Shown: in pieces, positions 43,278-56,705 of the stretch | Layout: every line of letters begins with the position of its first letter | How positions within the stretch are numbered: the first letter of the stretch is position 1 | The notes under the pieces: model-generated | What the model saw: the letters and a program-made list of their open reading frames with translations, nothing else | The model's database searches: none | Told to the model about the DNA's origin: nothing | Origin: Octopus vulgaris | Taxonomy: Eukaryota | Direction of reading: 5' to 3' | DNA length: 64,000 nt | NCBI GenBank assembly: GCA_951406725.2 | Contig: OX597825.1 | Span: forward strand, 76,880,001-76,944,000 | Program-made: the position numbers and the translations under genes

Positions 43278-44194
43278 TACACATTACATATCATATATAT
43301 GTATGATATGTTTGTGTGTGTGTGTGATACCTTGGTCAAAAGGGATATTAGTCGAACAAATCGACCCCAGGACATATTCTTTGTAAACCTAGTACCTATT
43401 CTCTCGGTCTGTTTTGCTGAACCGCTAGCCTACGGACGCAGACACAAACAAACAAATATGTATTCTTTTATTCTCTTTTATGTTTCAGCCTTGAGGCTGC
43501 GACCATGCTGGGGCACCGCCTGTACATGTGTGTGTTTATTTCACTTTCCGTCTACCAAATCCACTCACAAGACTTTTGTCGGCCCGTGGCTAAAGTAGAA
43601 GACACTTGACCAAGGTATCACGCAATGAGACTGAACTCGGAACCATGTGGTTGGGAAGCAAGCTTCTTACCACAAAGCCACCACTGCACCTATGTAAATT
43701 TTCGTATCTTTAGTATATTTTCTTTTGCTATTACTAAGGTGCCTTTTGATAATCTTCTACTAGGATTCTTTATAGGATTATATTGACAGCAACTGATTTT
43801 TCTGTTTAGTTCTGTGTTGCAATGGCTTCATGTAAACGCTTGGTCAACCAACGAGAAACTGCCGTAGTTGTGCAGTGTCTCATGTAACAGTTAGGGCTGC
43901 GCTTCTCAAACTTCTTTTCTGACTACCACACGTTTCCTTTTACTAACATTTTGCCAACGTCCCCTTGCTTGGGATTGAATGCCTCACCCCTATCCATTTT
44001 AATGCAAATACACGTAATATAAAACCAGAGTAATTAAATTCCTAGAGCGAGCTTGACGCGGGTGACTCCTTACCGCAGTACTATCCTACGATAAGTAATT
44101 ACTACAAGCATAAGCTCTGTGTGTGTGTGTGTGTGTGTGTGTGCATATACACACACAGACACACACACACACAGACAGACACACACAAAACACA

Positions 44195-44428
44195 CAGGGT
44201 GTTCAAAAAGTTTCTCCGCAGTGATTTTTTTTTTTCCTCCAAGATTGTATTTCAAAACATGTGTAGAAGAGTCATCTTATATATTGAAAATGAAGAACGA
44301 CACTTTCAGCAAATCTTTTTAAAGTCTTGTAAAGTGTAATATATTCTTTTGAAGAAGTCTTATACCATCTTACAAATATTTATTTTACAATAAAACACTT
44401 ACTGCCGAGAGACTTTTTGAACACCCTA
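44195..44428. mobile_element. Tc1/mariner-type MITE
   Basis: TIRs CAGGGTGTTCAAAAAGT / ACTTTTTGAACACCCT. Confidence 0.8.
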
Positions 44429-44440
44429 CATGTGTGTGTA

Positions 44441-44487
<47 letters not shown>

Positions 44488-45027
44488 ATATCTTACACAC
44501 ACACATTCTTTTTTATTTATTAACTTATTTACATTCCGAAGTGTATTATTACTATTCTTAGACAGGCGGTGAGCTGGCAGAATCGTTAGCTCGCGGGACA
44601 AAATGTTTAGCGGCATTTCATCCGTCTTTGCGCTCTGAGTTCAAATTCCACCGTCGTCGACATTACCTTTTATCCATTCGGGGTCGATAAAACAAGTACC
44701 ATTGGAAAATTGAGGTCGATGTAATCGTTTTATCCCTCCCTCCGAAATTGCTGGCCTTGTGCCAAAATTTGAAATCATTAATATTGTTGATGATGATGAT
44801 GTTGGTGTTGCTATTGTCAATGTTTTGATAGCAACTCACCAGCAGTTTGAGGTAATATTACAGTTGAAATCTGTTTTCAAAGTGTCCCAGTCCTTATCTT
44901 CTGTGCTTACAGAACGTAGCCTAGACAGGGACAAAAACAGCAACACCAGCAACAACTCATGAAGTAGCAACAACACTTGGCTACAAAAGTTAGTCGCAAG
45001 GACAAGAGCAGCAGCAGCAGCAGCAGC

Positions 45028-45088
<61 letters not shown>

Positions 45089-45127
45089 TTAATAATAGTA
45101 ATAATAATAATAATAATAATATTAATA

Positions 45128-45158
<31 letters not shown>

Positions 45159-46070
45159 ACAGCAACGAACCATGATAAAACGATGACAGCAACGAACCAT
45201 GATAAAACGATGGCAAGAAAAGCCCCTTCATGGTAAATACTGGACTAAACTAAACGCAAAAGAAATAGACAAAGAAAAATCCCAGCAATGGTTGAGAAGC
45301 TCAGGACTCAAAGCAGAAACAGAGGGATTTTTAATTGCAGCACAAGACCAAAGCCTCCCCACCAGAAATTACCAAAAACATGTAATGAAAAGAAATATTA
45401 CAAGTAACTGCAGAATATGTGGAGATGGACAAGAAACAATAAATCATATTATCTCTAGCTGCCCAATCCTGGCTAAGAAGGAATATATTCACAGACATGA
45501 CAGAGTTGGAACCTACATACATTGGAAGCTATGCCAACATTATGGAATAACAACAGAAAAAAGATGGTATAGGCACACACCAGAAAAGGTCACAGAAAAC
45601 GAGAAAGCAACCATACTCTGGGATATGCCGATACACACAGATAGAGAAATTAAAGCCAACAGACCAGATATAGTTGTCAGAGACCATGAAGAAAAAATGC
45701 TTTCTAATTGATGTATCAATACCGGCTGATGACAACGTGTCTCTAAAAGAAATGGAGAAACTCTCAAAATACAAAGACCTGGAAATAGAGGTAACTAGAA
45801 TGTGGAATCTGAAAACAGTAACAATTCCTATCATACTAGGTGCATTAGGCATGATAAAAAAATATTCAGACAAATACATAACAAAAACACAAGGACTTAC
45901 AAACACATATAACATACAGAAAATTGCACTACTAGGCACTGCACACAACCTACGCAGAACACTTTCCATACAATAACCATCAGAGCATCACAACAAATCA
46001 CAGCACATACCCAAGGCACACAGAGCTGCGCTCGGTAGTGAAGTGAAAGCACGCTATAAAAATAAAACTA

Positions 46071-46073
<3 letters not shown>
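45159..46073 (+). mobile_element. 5'-truncated R4/Dong-clade non-LTR retrotransposon in (TAA)n
   Basis: ORFs 45199-45711 and 45674-45976 are joined by one frameshift in an A run near 45692. Motifs AAQDQ, CRICG...TINHIISSC, RHD, NRPDIVV, IDVSIP, KLSKY. Short 3' UTR; TAA tracts on both sides. Confidence 0.9.
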
Positions 46074-46139
<66 letters not shown>

Positions 46140-46313
46140 GGCCTGAAATTTAGGGGAAGAGAGTAGTACTTATTTTATGGTCCCTGAAAGGATGAAAAGC
46201 AGGGTCGGCTTCGATGGAATCTGAACACAGAAGGTACAGATGGTCTTTACGCGGCGTGCTAACGATTCTGCCAGCATGCTGCCGTTGTCCTGTTAAATAA
46301 CCCTTTGCACTAA

Positions 46314-46720
46314 AGGAGTGGCTGTGTGGTACGTAGCCTGCTTACCAAACACATGGTTCCGGGTTCGGTCCAACTGCGTGGCACCTTGGGCAAGTGCCTT
46401 CTGCTATGGCCTCGGGCCGACCGAGGCCTTGTGGGTGGATTTGGTAGACGGAAACTGAAAGAAGCCCGTCGTATATGTGTATATATATATATATGTATGT
46501 TTGTATATATGCTTGTGTGTCTGTGTTTGTGTCCCCCCCCACATCGCTTGACAACCGATGCTGGTGTGTTTACATCCCCGTAACTTAACCGTTCGGTAAA
46601 ATAGACAGATAGAATAAGTACTAGGCTTACAAAGAATGAGTCCTGGGGTCAATTTGCTCGACTAAAGGCGGTGCTCCAGCATGGCCACAGTTAAATGACT
46701 GAAACAAGTGAAAGAATAAA
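46314..46720 (+). mobile_element. SINE family A, full length
   Basis: A box TGGCTGTGTGG, B-box-like GGTTCGGTCC, CORE-like ACCTTGGGCAAGT. Confidence 0.85.
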
Positions 46721-46924
46721 TGCACAAATGTCTGAAATTTTTGGCGAAGAAACTAACCGATTCCATCGACCTCTTGCTCAACTAGTACGTATTTTTTCGA
46801 CCCAGAAAAGATGAAAGTCAACCTCGGCGGAATTTGAACTCAGAATGTAAAGTCGTACGAAATGCTGGCATGCATCTTGTTCAACCTGCTAACGATTCTG
46901 CCGGCTCATCGTTTTAACAGTAAT

Positions 46925-47119
46925 GGATGGAAGCACTCCGTCGGTTACGACGATGAGGGTTCCGGTTGATCCGATCAACGGAACAGCCTGCTCGTGAAAT
47001 TAACGTGTAAGTGGCTGAGCACTCCACAGACACGTGTACCCTTAACGCAGTTCTCGGGGATATTCAGTATGACACAGAGAGTGACAAGGCCGGCCCTTTG
47101 AAATACAGGTACAACAGAA
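46925..47119 (-). mobile_element. 3' half of family C SINE between 212-bp direct repeats
   Basis: Reverse complement is nearly identical to about 51470-51662; flanking repeats at 46713-46924 and 47116-47327. Confidence 0.85.
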
Positions 47120-47601
47120 TAAAGGCACAAATGTTTGAAATTTTGGGCGAAGAAGTTAACCGATTCCATCGACCTCTTGCTCAACTAGTACGTATTTTTT
47201 CGACCCAGAAAAGATGAAAGTCAACCTCGGCGGAATTTGAACTCAGAATGTAAAGTCGTACGAAATGCTGGCATGCATCTTGTTCAGCCTGCTAACGATT
47301 CTGCCGGCTCATCGTTTTAACAGTAATAATAATAATAATAATAATACTTTCTACTATAGGCACAAGGTAGTAGTAGTGCGTGTGTTTAATTACCAAAATA
47401 TGACCCTCCCCAAGTTTAACAAAATCTCGTCTCAACTCAGGGTTGAAGAATCTTGCAAAGAATCTTGCAAAACAAATACATAAACGTAATATCGGACGGT
47501 CTTCGTCGTAATGGTTGTGATCATAGGTCTGCTAGGGTAGGACTAATTGACCTAGGGCTAAACAACATTACCTCATGTACAGTAAAGCTACACCTGAATA
47601 C

Positions 47602-47925
<324 letters not shown>

Positions 47926-47982
47926 AATAATACTTGTATGGTTAAATAGCACTAGAAACGATAATAAAAGGTTTTGCTGTTG

Positions 47983-48026
<44 letters not shown>

Positions 48027-48426
48027 GGCAACAGAGGCTGTATCAGTAGTAGTATCAGTAGTAGTAATAGTAGTAGTAGTAGTGATGATAGTGGCGGTGA
48101 TGGTAGCTGTTGCGTTGTCTTCAGACTTCCAAGCATTTAGTAAAATATGTAAACGCACACACGCACACACACAGACACACACACGCACACACACATACAC
48201 ACACGCATACATATATGTACATCTTACACATAAACACATACACTGACAGGCAGCGCATCGACTCAACTCAATTTACTCACGTAAAATGTAAACAAACAAT
48301 ACACACACGCATTCCAGTTTGGATGCTGCGAATCATCAACATTATCGTTTCTACTTCTTCTTCTGCTTCTCTTCTTCTTCATCTTCTTCTTGTTCTTGTT
48401 CTTCTTCTTGTTCTTCTTCCTATTCT

Positions 48427-48458
<32 letters not shown>

Positions 48459-48661
48459 TTCTTCTTCTTCTTCTTCTTCTTGTTCTTGTTCTTGTTCTTC
48501 TTCTTGTTTTTGTTGTTGTTGTTGTTCTTCTTCTTCTTCTTCTACTTATTATTATTATTATTATTATTATCATTATTATCTATACACAGATATCCACTTC
48601 GGTTTATACACGTATGTATGTATGTATGTTTTATGTCTATGCACGTGTATATATATAAGAA

Positions 48662-49230
48662 ACTTTACGTTCTGAGTTCAAATTCCGCTGAGGTCGACTT
48701 CGCCTTGCATCCTTTCGGGGTCGATTAAATAAGTACCAGTTACGCATTGGGGTCGATGTAATCGACTTAATCCGTTTGTCTGTCCTTCCTTGTCCCCTCT
48801 GTGTGTAGCCCCTTCAGGGCAGTAAAGAAATAAGAAACGTTAGCACGCCAGGCGAAATGCTTAGCGGTATGTCGTCTGTCTTAATGTTCTGAGTTCAAAT
48901 TCCGCCGAGGTCGACTTTGCCTTTCATCCTTTCGGGATCGATAAATTAAGTATGAGTTGCATACTGTGGTCCATCTAATCGACTGGCCCTCTCCCCCAAA
49001 AATTTCGGGCCTTGTGCCTAGAGTAGAAAAGAATCCTTTGCACGCTGGAAGAAATGCTTAGAGGCATTTCGCCGGTCGCTATACACTGAGTTCAAATTCC
49101 GCCGAAGTCGACTTTGCCTTTTATCCTTTCGGGGTCGATAAATTAAATACCAATGAAACACTGGGTCAATGTAATCGACTTATCCCACCTCCACCAAATT
49201 GCAGGCCTTGTGTCTTTAGTGGAAAGGATT
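48662..49230 (+). mobile_element. Tandem cluster of three SINE family B copies
   Basis: Three CTGAGTTCAAATTCCGC...CCTTTCGGG units head to tail. Confidence 0.85.
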
Positions 49231-49283
49231 ATATAAGGCACACACGCAAACGCACGCCTCATCATGTTTTGTATGTGTATTTG

Positions 49284-49344
<61 letters not shown>

Positions 49345-50457
49345 GTGTGCGTGTGTGTGTCTTTTATTTGTATCAGTGTTTTACTTGTATCAGTCACTGT
49401 ATTGCGGCCATGCTGGATCGCCGCCATAAGAATTTAACCGAACAAACGATCTTGGTACCTAACGTCTTTTTAAGCCTATCACTTATTCTATAGTCCTTCT
49501 ATTTACCGAACCGCTACGTTACTGGGACGTAAACAAACCTACACCAGTTGTCAAGCAGTGGTGGAGGGCCAACACAAAAATATAGACAGACACGCACACA
49601 TACATAGCATACATACACACAGACACAAACACACACACGACGTGTTTGTTTCGGTCTTCTGTCTACCAAATCCACTCACAAGGCTTTGATCAGCGCGAGG
49701 CAATTGTACAAGACACTTACCCAAGGCGCCACCGATAATGACCATTCAGGTGTTTGACTAATTGAATTACCTGCCCCTCAATTATCACATAGGTGAATGA
49801 GTATTCGTGAGGCACGTGTACCCTTAACATAATTCTCAACCAGAACCAGTGTGTCGCGGTGTATGATTAAATTCGTACCTTTTGAATTCTTGGTACAATC
49901 CACTCGACGCCATTTTTCATTCTGTTTCCGCAAACCCAATTTTATTCCCGAACTATGGTTCCTCAGCTGAATTCGCCATCGTCTTAAGGTTAAACTTAGT
50001 TGAGTCTAAGTAAAATCATTCAGTATCATTGTTTAGTTCTAATTCCGAGCCATCTAGACACGAGTTCTCTCTTCGCTCAGCAACTTTCAGATAGATAACA
50101 TTGCCCGCTTTCTATTTCTTATACACCAGACTCATCATCGAAGGCAAACTTTGTGAGTCTTTATGTCTGCTCTGTTATACATTAACTTAACAGTAAGGTT
50201 TCTCCAATTACAACGACAAAAGAATCTGTAACAGCCTAGCATATCGTATTTAATCCGATTCGTCGCAGTTGTGGTGAACTCCGTAACGGTTGAATTAAAG
50301 TTATGATAAGTATGAACCATCTATTTTGTCAATTTATTGCAAGCATTCTGAAATTACGAGTTACGTAACTTACAGACTTACGCAACGTATCTTCTTCACA
50401 CTCTGGCTCCACCAGACTTCATACAAACTACAATTATACCAATATCAATTACATATA

Positions 50458-50858
50458 GGCGCAGGAGTGGCTGTTTGGTAAGTAGCTTGCTAACCAACCA
50501 CATGGTTCCGGGTTCAGTCCCACTGCGTGGCATCTTGGGCAAGTGTCTTCTGCTATAGCCCCGGGCCGACCGATGCCTTGTGAGTGGATTTGGTAGACGG
50601 AAACTGAAAGAAGCCTGTCGTATATATGTATATATATATAAGTGTGTGTGTCTGTGTTTGTTCCCCTAGCATTGCTTGACAACCGATGCTGGTGTGTTTA
50701 CGTCCCCGTCACTTAGCGGTTCGGCAAAAGAGACCGATAGAATAAGTACTGGGCTTACAAAGAATAAGTCCCGGGGTCGATTTGCTCGACTAAAGGCGGT
50801 GCTCCAGCATGGCCGCAGTCAAATGACTGAAACAAGTAAAAAGAGTAAAAAAAAAGAG
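50458..50858 (+). mobile_element. SINE family A, most intact copy (other copies or fragments at about 7223, 18400, 26720, 42372, 43345, 49378, 57045, 63664)
   Basis: GGCGCAGGAGTGGCTG head, pol III boxes, CORE-like segment, internal TA/TG tract, AAGAGTAA tail. Confidence 0.9.
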
Positions 50859-51285
50859 AGATATACATCGTTACACACAAACAAACTCACACAAAGAAAC
50901 ACAGATGAAATAGAAATAAAATTTAAAAGTTCATTTAAAAAATTCGGGATGTGCTAATTTCGATTCTGTTGCTTAACATCTCACCAATTTATAGGGTCCA
51001 AGAGAACGAAATATAATAACTTGAAATACCTCAGTAATTGTGATTACCAGAGTAATCAGTAGACAAAAACTCCCTCCAAAGGATTGTAGAACACAAATCG
51101 AGGGAGTCAACTCCAAATATAATTCGGCAATAGTGATCTGTAGGCAATGTCGATTGGAGTGAAACTACTTTTTAAAGCCAACAGGTGAAAATAAAAAAAA
51201 AGCTTCAGTATGATTCGGCCTCATCGACGAAGCATTCTGCATAGTGGAGAAGACTAGTGTGTGTGTGTGTATATATATATATATA

Positions 51286-51666
51286 GTGGAGGCGCAATGG
51301 CCCAGTGGTTAGGGTAGCGGACTGGCGGTCGTAGGATCGTGGTTTCGATTCCCAGACCGGGCGTTGTGAGTGTTTATTGAGCGAAAACACCTAAAGCTCC
51401 ACGAGGCCCCGGCAGGGATGGTGGTGATCCCTGCTGTACTCTTTCACCACAACTTACTCTTACTTCCTGTTTCTGTTGTACCTGTATTTCAAAGGGCCGG
51501 CCTTGTCACTCTCTGTGTCATACTGAATATCCCCGAGAACTGCGTTAAGGGTACACGTGTCTGTGGAGTGCTCAGCCACTTACACGTTAATTTTACGAGC
51601 AGGCTGTTCCGTTGATCGGATCAACCGGAACCCTCATCGTCGTAACCGACGGAGTGCTTCCAAAAA

Positions 51667-51675
<9 letters not shown>
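51286..51675 (+). mobile_element. tRNA-derived SINE family C (OR-like), full length with poly(A)
   Basis: A box TGGCCCAGTGG, B-box-like GGTTTCGATTCC, A14 tail. Confidence 0.85.
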
Positions 51676-51714
<39 letters not shown>

Positions 51715-51722
51715 GTCTTCTC

Positions 51723-51773
<51 letters not shown>

Positions 51774-51964
51774 ATGTAGGATAAAATTTCTTATGAACTA
51801 ACCCTGAAATCGGTCCGATATGGTAGAAATGGAATTTTTTAGAAATTTCTGTCGACCTTTTTTCGAGTAGCGTGCGTATTGTGAAAAATTTATGGTTCTG
51901 GACAATGTGTCTAATTTGGCGTATTTGGCATTAGAAAATCTTTTCGTTTGCCCTTATTTATAAG

Positions 51965-52038
<74 letters not shown>

Positions 52039-52130
52039 ATGCATGTATGTATGTATGTATGTATGTAAGAAAAAAGAAAATAGATAATTAAGTTAATAAT
52101 TATTTATTAATTATAAAATTGGGCGTCATC

Positions 52131-52210
52131 TCTAACAGCTGTTTCGATTCACGATTTTAGAAATTAATCAGCATAATTAAAAACACATCAAAACTGAATC
52201 TCATCGGAGT
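52131..52210 (-). ncRNA. Hammerhead motif inside an inverted-repeat-bounded element (52067-52340)
   Basis: Minus strand: act-CCGATGA-GATTCA...TGAATC-GAAACAGCTGTT-AGA. One core substitution, 6-bp stem II, palindromic stem III. Confidence 0.6.
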
Positions 52211-52524
52211 TGGCTAAAGACGTACCATTATATTTCCATATTCCAGTGTGTTGAGTATACGGCTCCAAACCGTTGATGTCGATGTTCATAATTAATAAAT
52301 AATTACTAATTTAATTATATCACTATTTTCTTTTTTTTTTCCCCGAAAATATATACATATAAACCCCGGTTAATCCAGTTACCTTACAGTTGAATATTAA
52401 TTGTAATATTCAACACTTCTTGTAATAGGTAATAAACAAGTTTATTCATTGGATTTTATTATTCTTTAATGAGGTTTGCAACCTTTATTTGAACTATATA
52501 TATATATACAACTAAGCACCTATA

Positions 52525-52558
<34 letters not shown>

Positions 52559-52615
52559 AAACATATATGCATATATTATAATATCTTTATTTGTGTATAT
52601 CTGATGTATATACAC

Positions 52616-52650
<35 letters not shown>

Positions 52651-52659
52651 GATGTATAT

Positions 52660-52699
<40 letters not shown>

Positions 52700-52718
52700 C
52701 TATATACATGTAAGCATG

Positions 52719-52800
<82 letters not shown>

Positions 52801-52920
52801 CTATATACATGTAAGCATGTATTTATATATATATATATATATAAATCTATATACATGTAAGCATGTATTTATATATATATATATATATATATGCATATAT
52901 ATATATATATGCATATATGT

Positions 52921-52964
<44 letters not shown>

Positions 52965-52989
52965 CATATGTTTGTGTGTGTGTGTGTGT

Positions 52990-53167
52990 TTATGAATGTG
53001 CTTTGCAAGATTCCTGATGTGAAATCGTGTGTTGGAACAAATATTGTTATATTTCGGGACGGTCATTCTTTTCTTTTGCCAAATAAACACATGCACTATA
53101 TATTCGTTCTTCACTCGTTTCATATTGTTGCTTTATGTCCCTATTGTCTGGCCATTGTGCCTCCACA

Positions 53168-53170
<3 letters not shown>
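52990..53170 (+). mobile_element. Microsatellite-flanked short repeat; related inverted copy at 53624-53807
   Basis: Aligns by eye with the reverse complement of 53706-53795. Confidence 0.5.
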
Positions 53171-53201
<31 letters not shown>

Positions 53202-53204
<3 letters not shown>

Positions 53205-53315
53205 CAACTTTTTAAAAAACCTCGAAGTAATTGAGCTCCACCAAGGTTTTTTTATACTTAGGAATTACTTGTCAATTCCTAACCTTTTGTATTTTCTGAG
53301 AGTTAGTCCCCAATG
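53202..53315 (+). pseudogene. Possible CRE-clade retrotransposon RT C-terminal fragment
   Basis: [30 protein letters not shown] resembles the recalled H-x-x-x-x-LLR...P-x-L-x-Y-x-LR-x-SP motif; short match only. Confidence 0.35.
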
Positions 53316-53458
53316 GCCCTCCAGGTAGGTGCCTCATTTGGGACCCCACAGTCTGCGACTTCTTGGCTCCCCCCACCCCCCACATCCTGGATACTGCAGT
53401 TAATGGGAGGGTCACTGCTTCCGAAGCCGAACGAAAGAAAATCCTAAAGTATCCTAAA

Positions 53459-53551
<93 letters not shown>

Positions 53552-53623
53552 TATATATATATGTATATATACATATATAAATATATAACATACATAGATG
53601 TATATATATATATACATATACAT

Positions 53624-53807
53624 ATATTGTTGTATTTAGGAATGGTCATTTTGCCAGTTTAGCCAATAAATACACACGCACTATATATTTGGTGTTACTT
53701 TTACTTTTATTGGCTAAACTGGCAAAATGACCATTCCTAAATACAACAATATCTGTTTCAACACACGACTTCACATAAAAAATCTTGCACAACAAATATT
53801 TAAACGT
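53624..53807. mobile_element. (TA)-flanked fold-back element with 47-bp perfect inverted arms
   Basis: Arms 53624-53670 and 53706-53752. Confidence 0.65.
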
Positions 53808-53856
53808 ATATACATATATTTATACATAGATATATATTTATATATATTTATGTATT

Positions 53857-53942
<86 letters not shown>

Positions 53943-55448
53943 CAATACGGAGCAAATCAGGAAAAAATATTTGCGAAGAGTTTTGTCTGTTATTTCCAGC
54001 AGGTAAACCTACTTAGTATGTCCTTTTATACATGCATACAAACAAACACACACACACATTATGCATCGTTTTATACATGTGTGTATGTTTATACACATGT
54101 GCAGCTACACCGCACTCATGCCTTATTAGGCATTTATTAAAAATGGCTATCTATCTGTGATATACATACATACATACATACACAAGCATACATACATACA
54201 TACATACATACATACATGCATACATACATACATACATACATACATACATACATACATGCATGCATACATACATACATGCATACATGCATACAGTTATACC
54301 ATCTACACACACACAAGAGAACGAACACATATAGATAAACATCTTACTCAACGGACCCAAGATGTACACACCCACGCCCTCCCCCCTTTTATATATGTGT
54401 ATATATAATACAAATGTGGGAGGGGAAAACGGAAGTGATAAAGAGGGAGGAAACGGAAAGAGGAGGAAGATATAAAAGTAGAGGAAAGATGGGTAAAGGA
54501 GGAAGAAAGAGAAATGTAGATAGATAGATAGAGAGAGAGAGAGAGCGAGGAGATCGTATTAGGTTGTATATCATTGTTATTTAACCCTAGGTCTCTTGCT
54601 ATCGGACAGGCATATGGTGAAAAGTGTACCGCCGTGAGCACCTAGGCATTTTGAATCGTGCAATCCTCATGCAGTCACGGGTAAACTGCGACCCACGTGA
54701 TTTTCTGAATGGTATGCCTTATGAAAAAAATTACCTGGAAAGTTTGTTTTTTTTATGATGTTGATTCCATGCCTTATGCGGCCCACTTCTAATGTGTCTG
54801 ATGTCTCCACTCACGCTGCAAAGCAGTAGGGTGTGATTGAAGGCTGTTGTTTCTAGCAGAAATTTCCTTCGTTGAAATATCTTTACGCTGCGTGCACGTG
54901 TAGGCGGTATATGTCCGTGTGTGTGTGTGTGTGTGTGCTTGTGTGTGTGTGTGTATGCATATCTAGTATCGACATGTGCATATGTATCTACGAATGAATA
55001 TGTGTGTGTTACATAGACATACACACACACGCACTCGTATACATAGTTATATGTGCTTGTATAAATGGGTATATAAGTGCATATACACACACACCAGTAA
55101 TCTCTGAAGAGTACGCAGTATCACTTAACTGTGCTATTATCTAACATCCGGTTTTTACCCAGTGCGAAACCGATGACTGGTAATATCGGCTGTAGTGGAT
55201 CCATAATACTGCGTGGATACATACATACATACATACATACATAAATATATACATACATATATACATACATATATACATACATACATACATATACATACAC
55301 GCGCACGTATGCATATATACATATATAAGGGTGGGGAGAGAGAAAAACACACACATAAATGTATTTGTGTTCGTGTGTACCTGATATATACACTCGTATA
55401 TATAATACAATATACGTATATAAACTATGTTATATCAATATATGAATG

Positions 55449-55496
<48 letters not shown>

Positions 55497-55696
55497 CACT
55501 TATACACAAACATACCCACACGTGTTTGTATGTGTGTTTATGTGGGTAGACGTATGTTTTTATATCTAGTAATCCATTGTTAGGGTCCTGGTTTTCTTCC
55601 CCTTTTTTGTTTTTTGATGAATGGGATGTTGAGGCAGACAGCCAGATAGATAGACAAACGGACAGACAGACAGATAGCTAACTAGATGGATGAATG

Positions 55697-55764
<68 letters not shown>

Positions 55765-56580
55765 TTCTTTATTGGCAAGACAGGGCAATAGAAGGGGACA
55801 AAAAACAAAATAGACCTTTTCTTTTGGGGAGGAAAAAAAGTGGGGTAGTATTTCGATCAAAAGGGATCGTGGAAAAAAAAGGGCCGGTCAGTAGGGATCG
55901 TGTATCCCAGAAATATCATAATGTAAAAAGGGGAAACAGATTAGGTTTATCCGTGGAAAGAAAAGCCTACGGAAAAGACCACGGTAACCTTGGTCAAAAA
56001 TGTCATACAAAAAAAAACACATTACAGTAAGTGACTCTCTTTTTTCCTTTCTTTTTCTGGTTCATAGGATTATGCTCAAGCTGGCTCCGTCATTCACACG
56101 TGCCATCCTTCTTTTTTTGAAACATTCACTAGACAAAACTTGCCTCTCTACTCTCACTTTCCCTTTCAAGTGATACTTGAAGAAGTTGATGAGAGATTGA
56201 CCAGAGAGGAAGGTGTTTGTCTCTAGACCTTTCAGACGCGTCCACCATACACATTCTTTCGTCATATCCACAAGTACGATGAAAAAGGCTCTTCCTTCCC
56301 ATTTCAAGGAAGGAGGAGCGTCAATATTCACGATATACTCGGTTGATAAACCAATTCGTTCCACACGCGATAGCAATCGTTCGACATAGGCCCACGGGTC
56401 GGAAATGGCTGGACACTGTACGAGTGCGTGCAGAACGGTTTCGTCGCTCTGATAGCATTTCGGGCAGGTCGGCCCCGTGTTTCTCGAGCCATACCTGTAG
56501 AGGTTATCCCGAACGAGTAGCGCTTCTCGATAGCACTGCCAGGCCAGGGATCTCTGGAAGTTGTCCATAGGTCCCGACCA
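55765..56580 (-). mobile_element. 5'-truncated Tx1/L1-clade LINE 3' end inserted in (GATA)n
   Basis: ORF part 56062-56580 has CPKC...ETVLHALVQC knuckle and a W-rich C-terminus. 3' UTR ends AATAAAGAA. GATA tracts on both sides. Confidence 0.8.
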
Positions 56581-56612
56581 GATAGATAGATACATAGACA
56601 AACATGTAGACG

Positions 56613-56705
<93 letters not shown>

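Noticed and set aside
49900-50320. Possible ancient Gypsy RNase H remnant (TEFTTTAT, LRRWRIQL on the minus strand)
   Set aside because: Matches too short and fragmented to support without a profile search.
51286-51362. tRNA gene
   Set aside because: No proper acceptor stem; continues into a repeated body and poly(A), so it is a SINE head.
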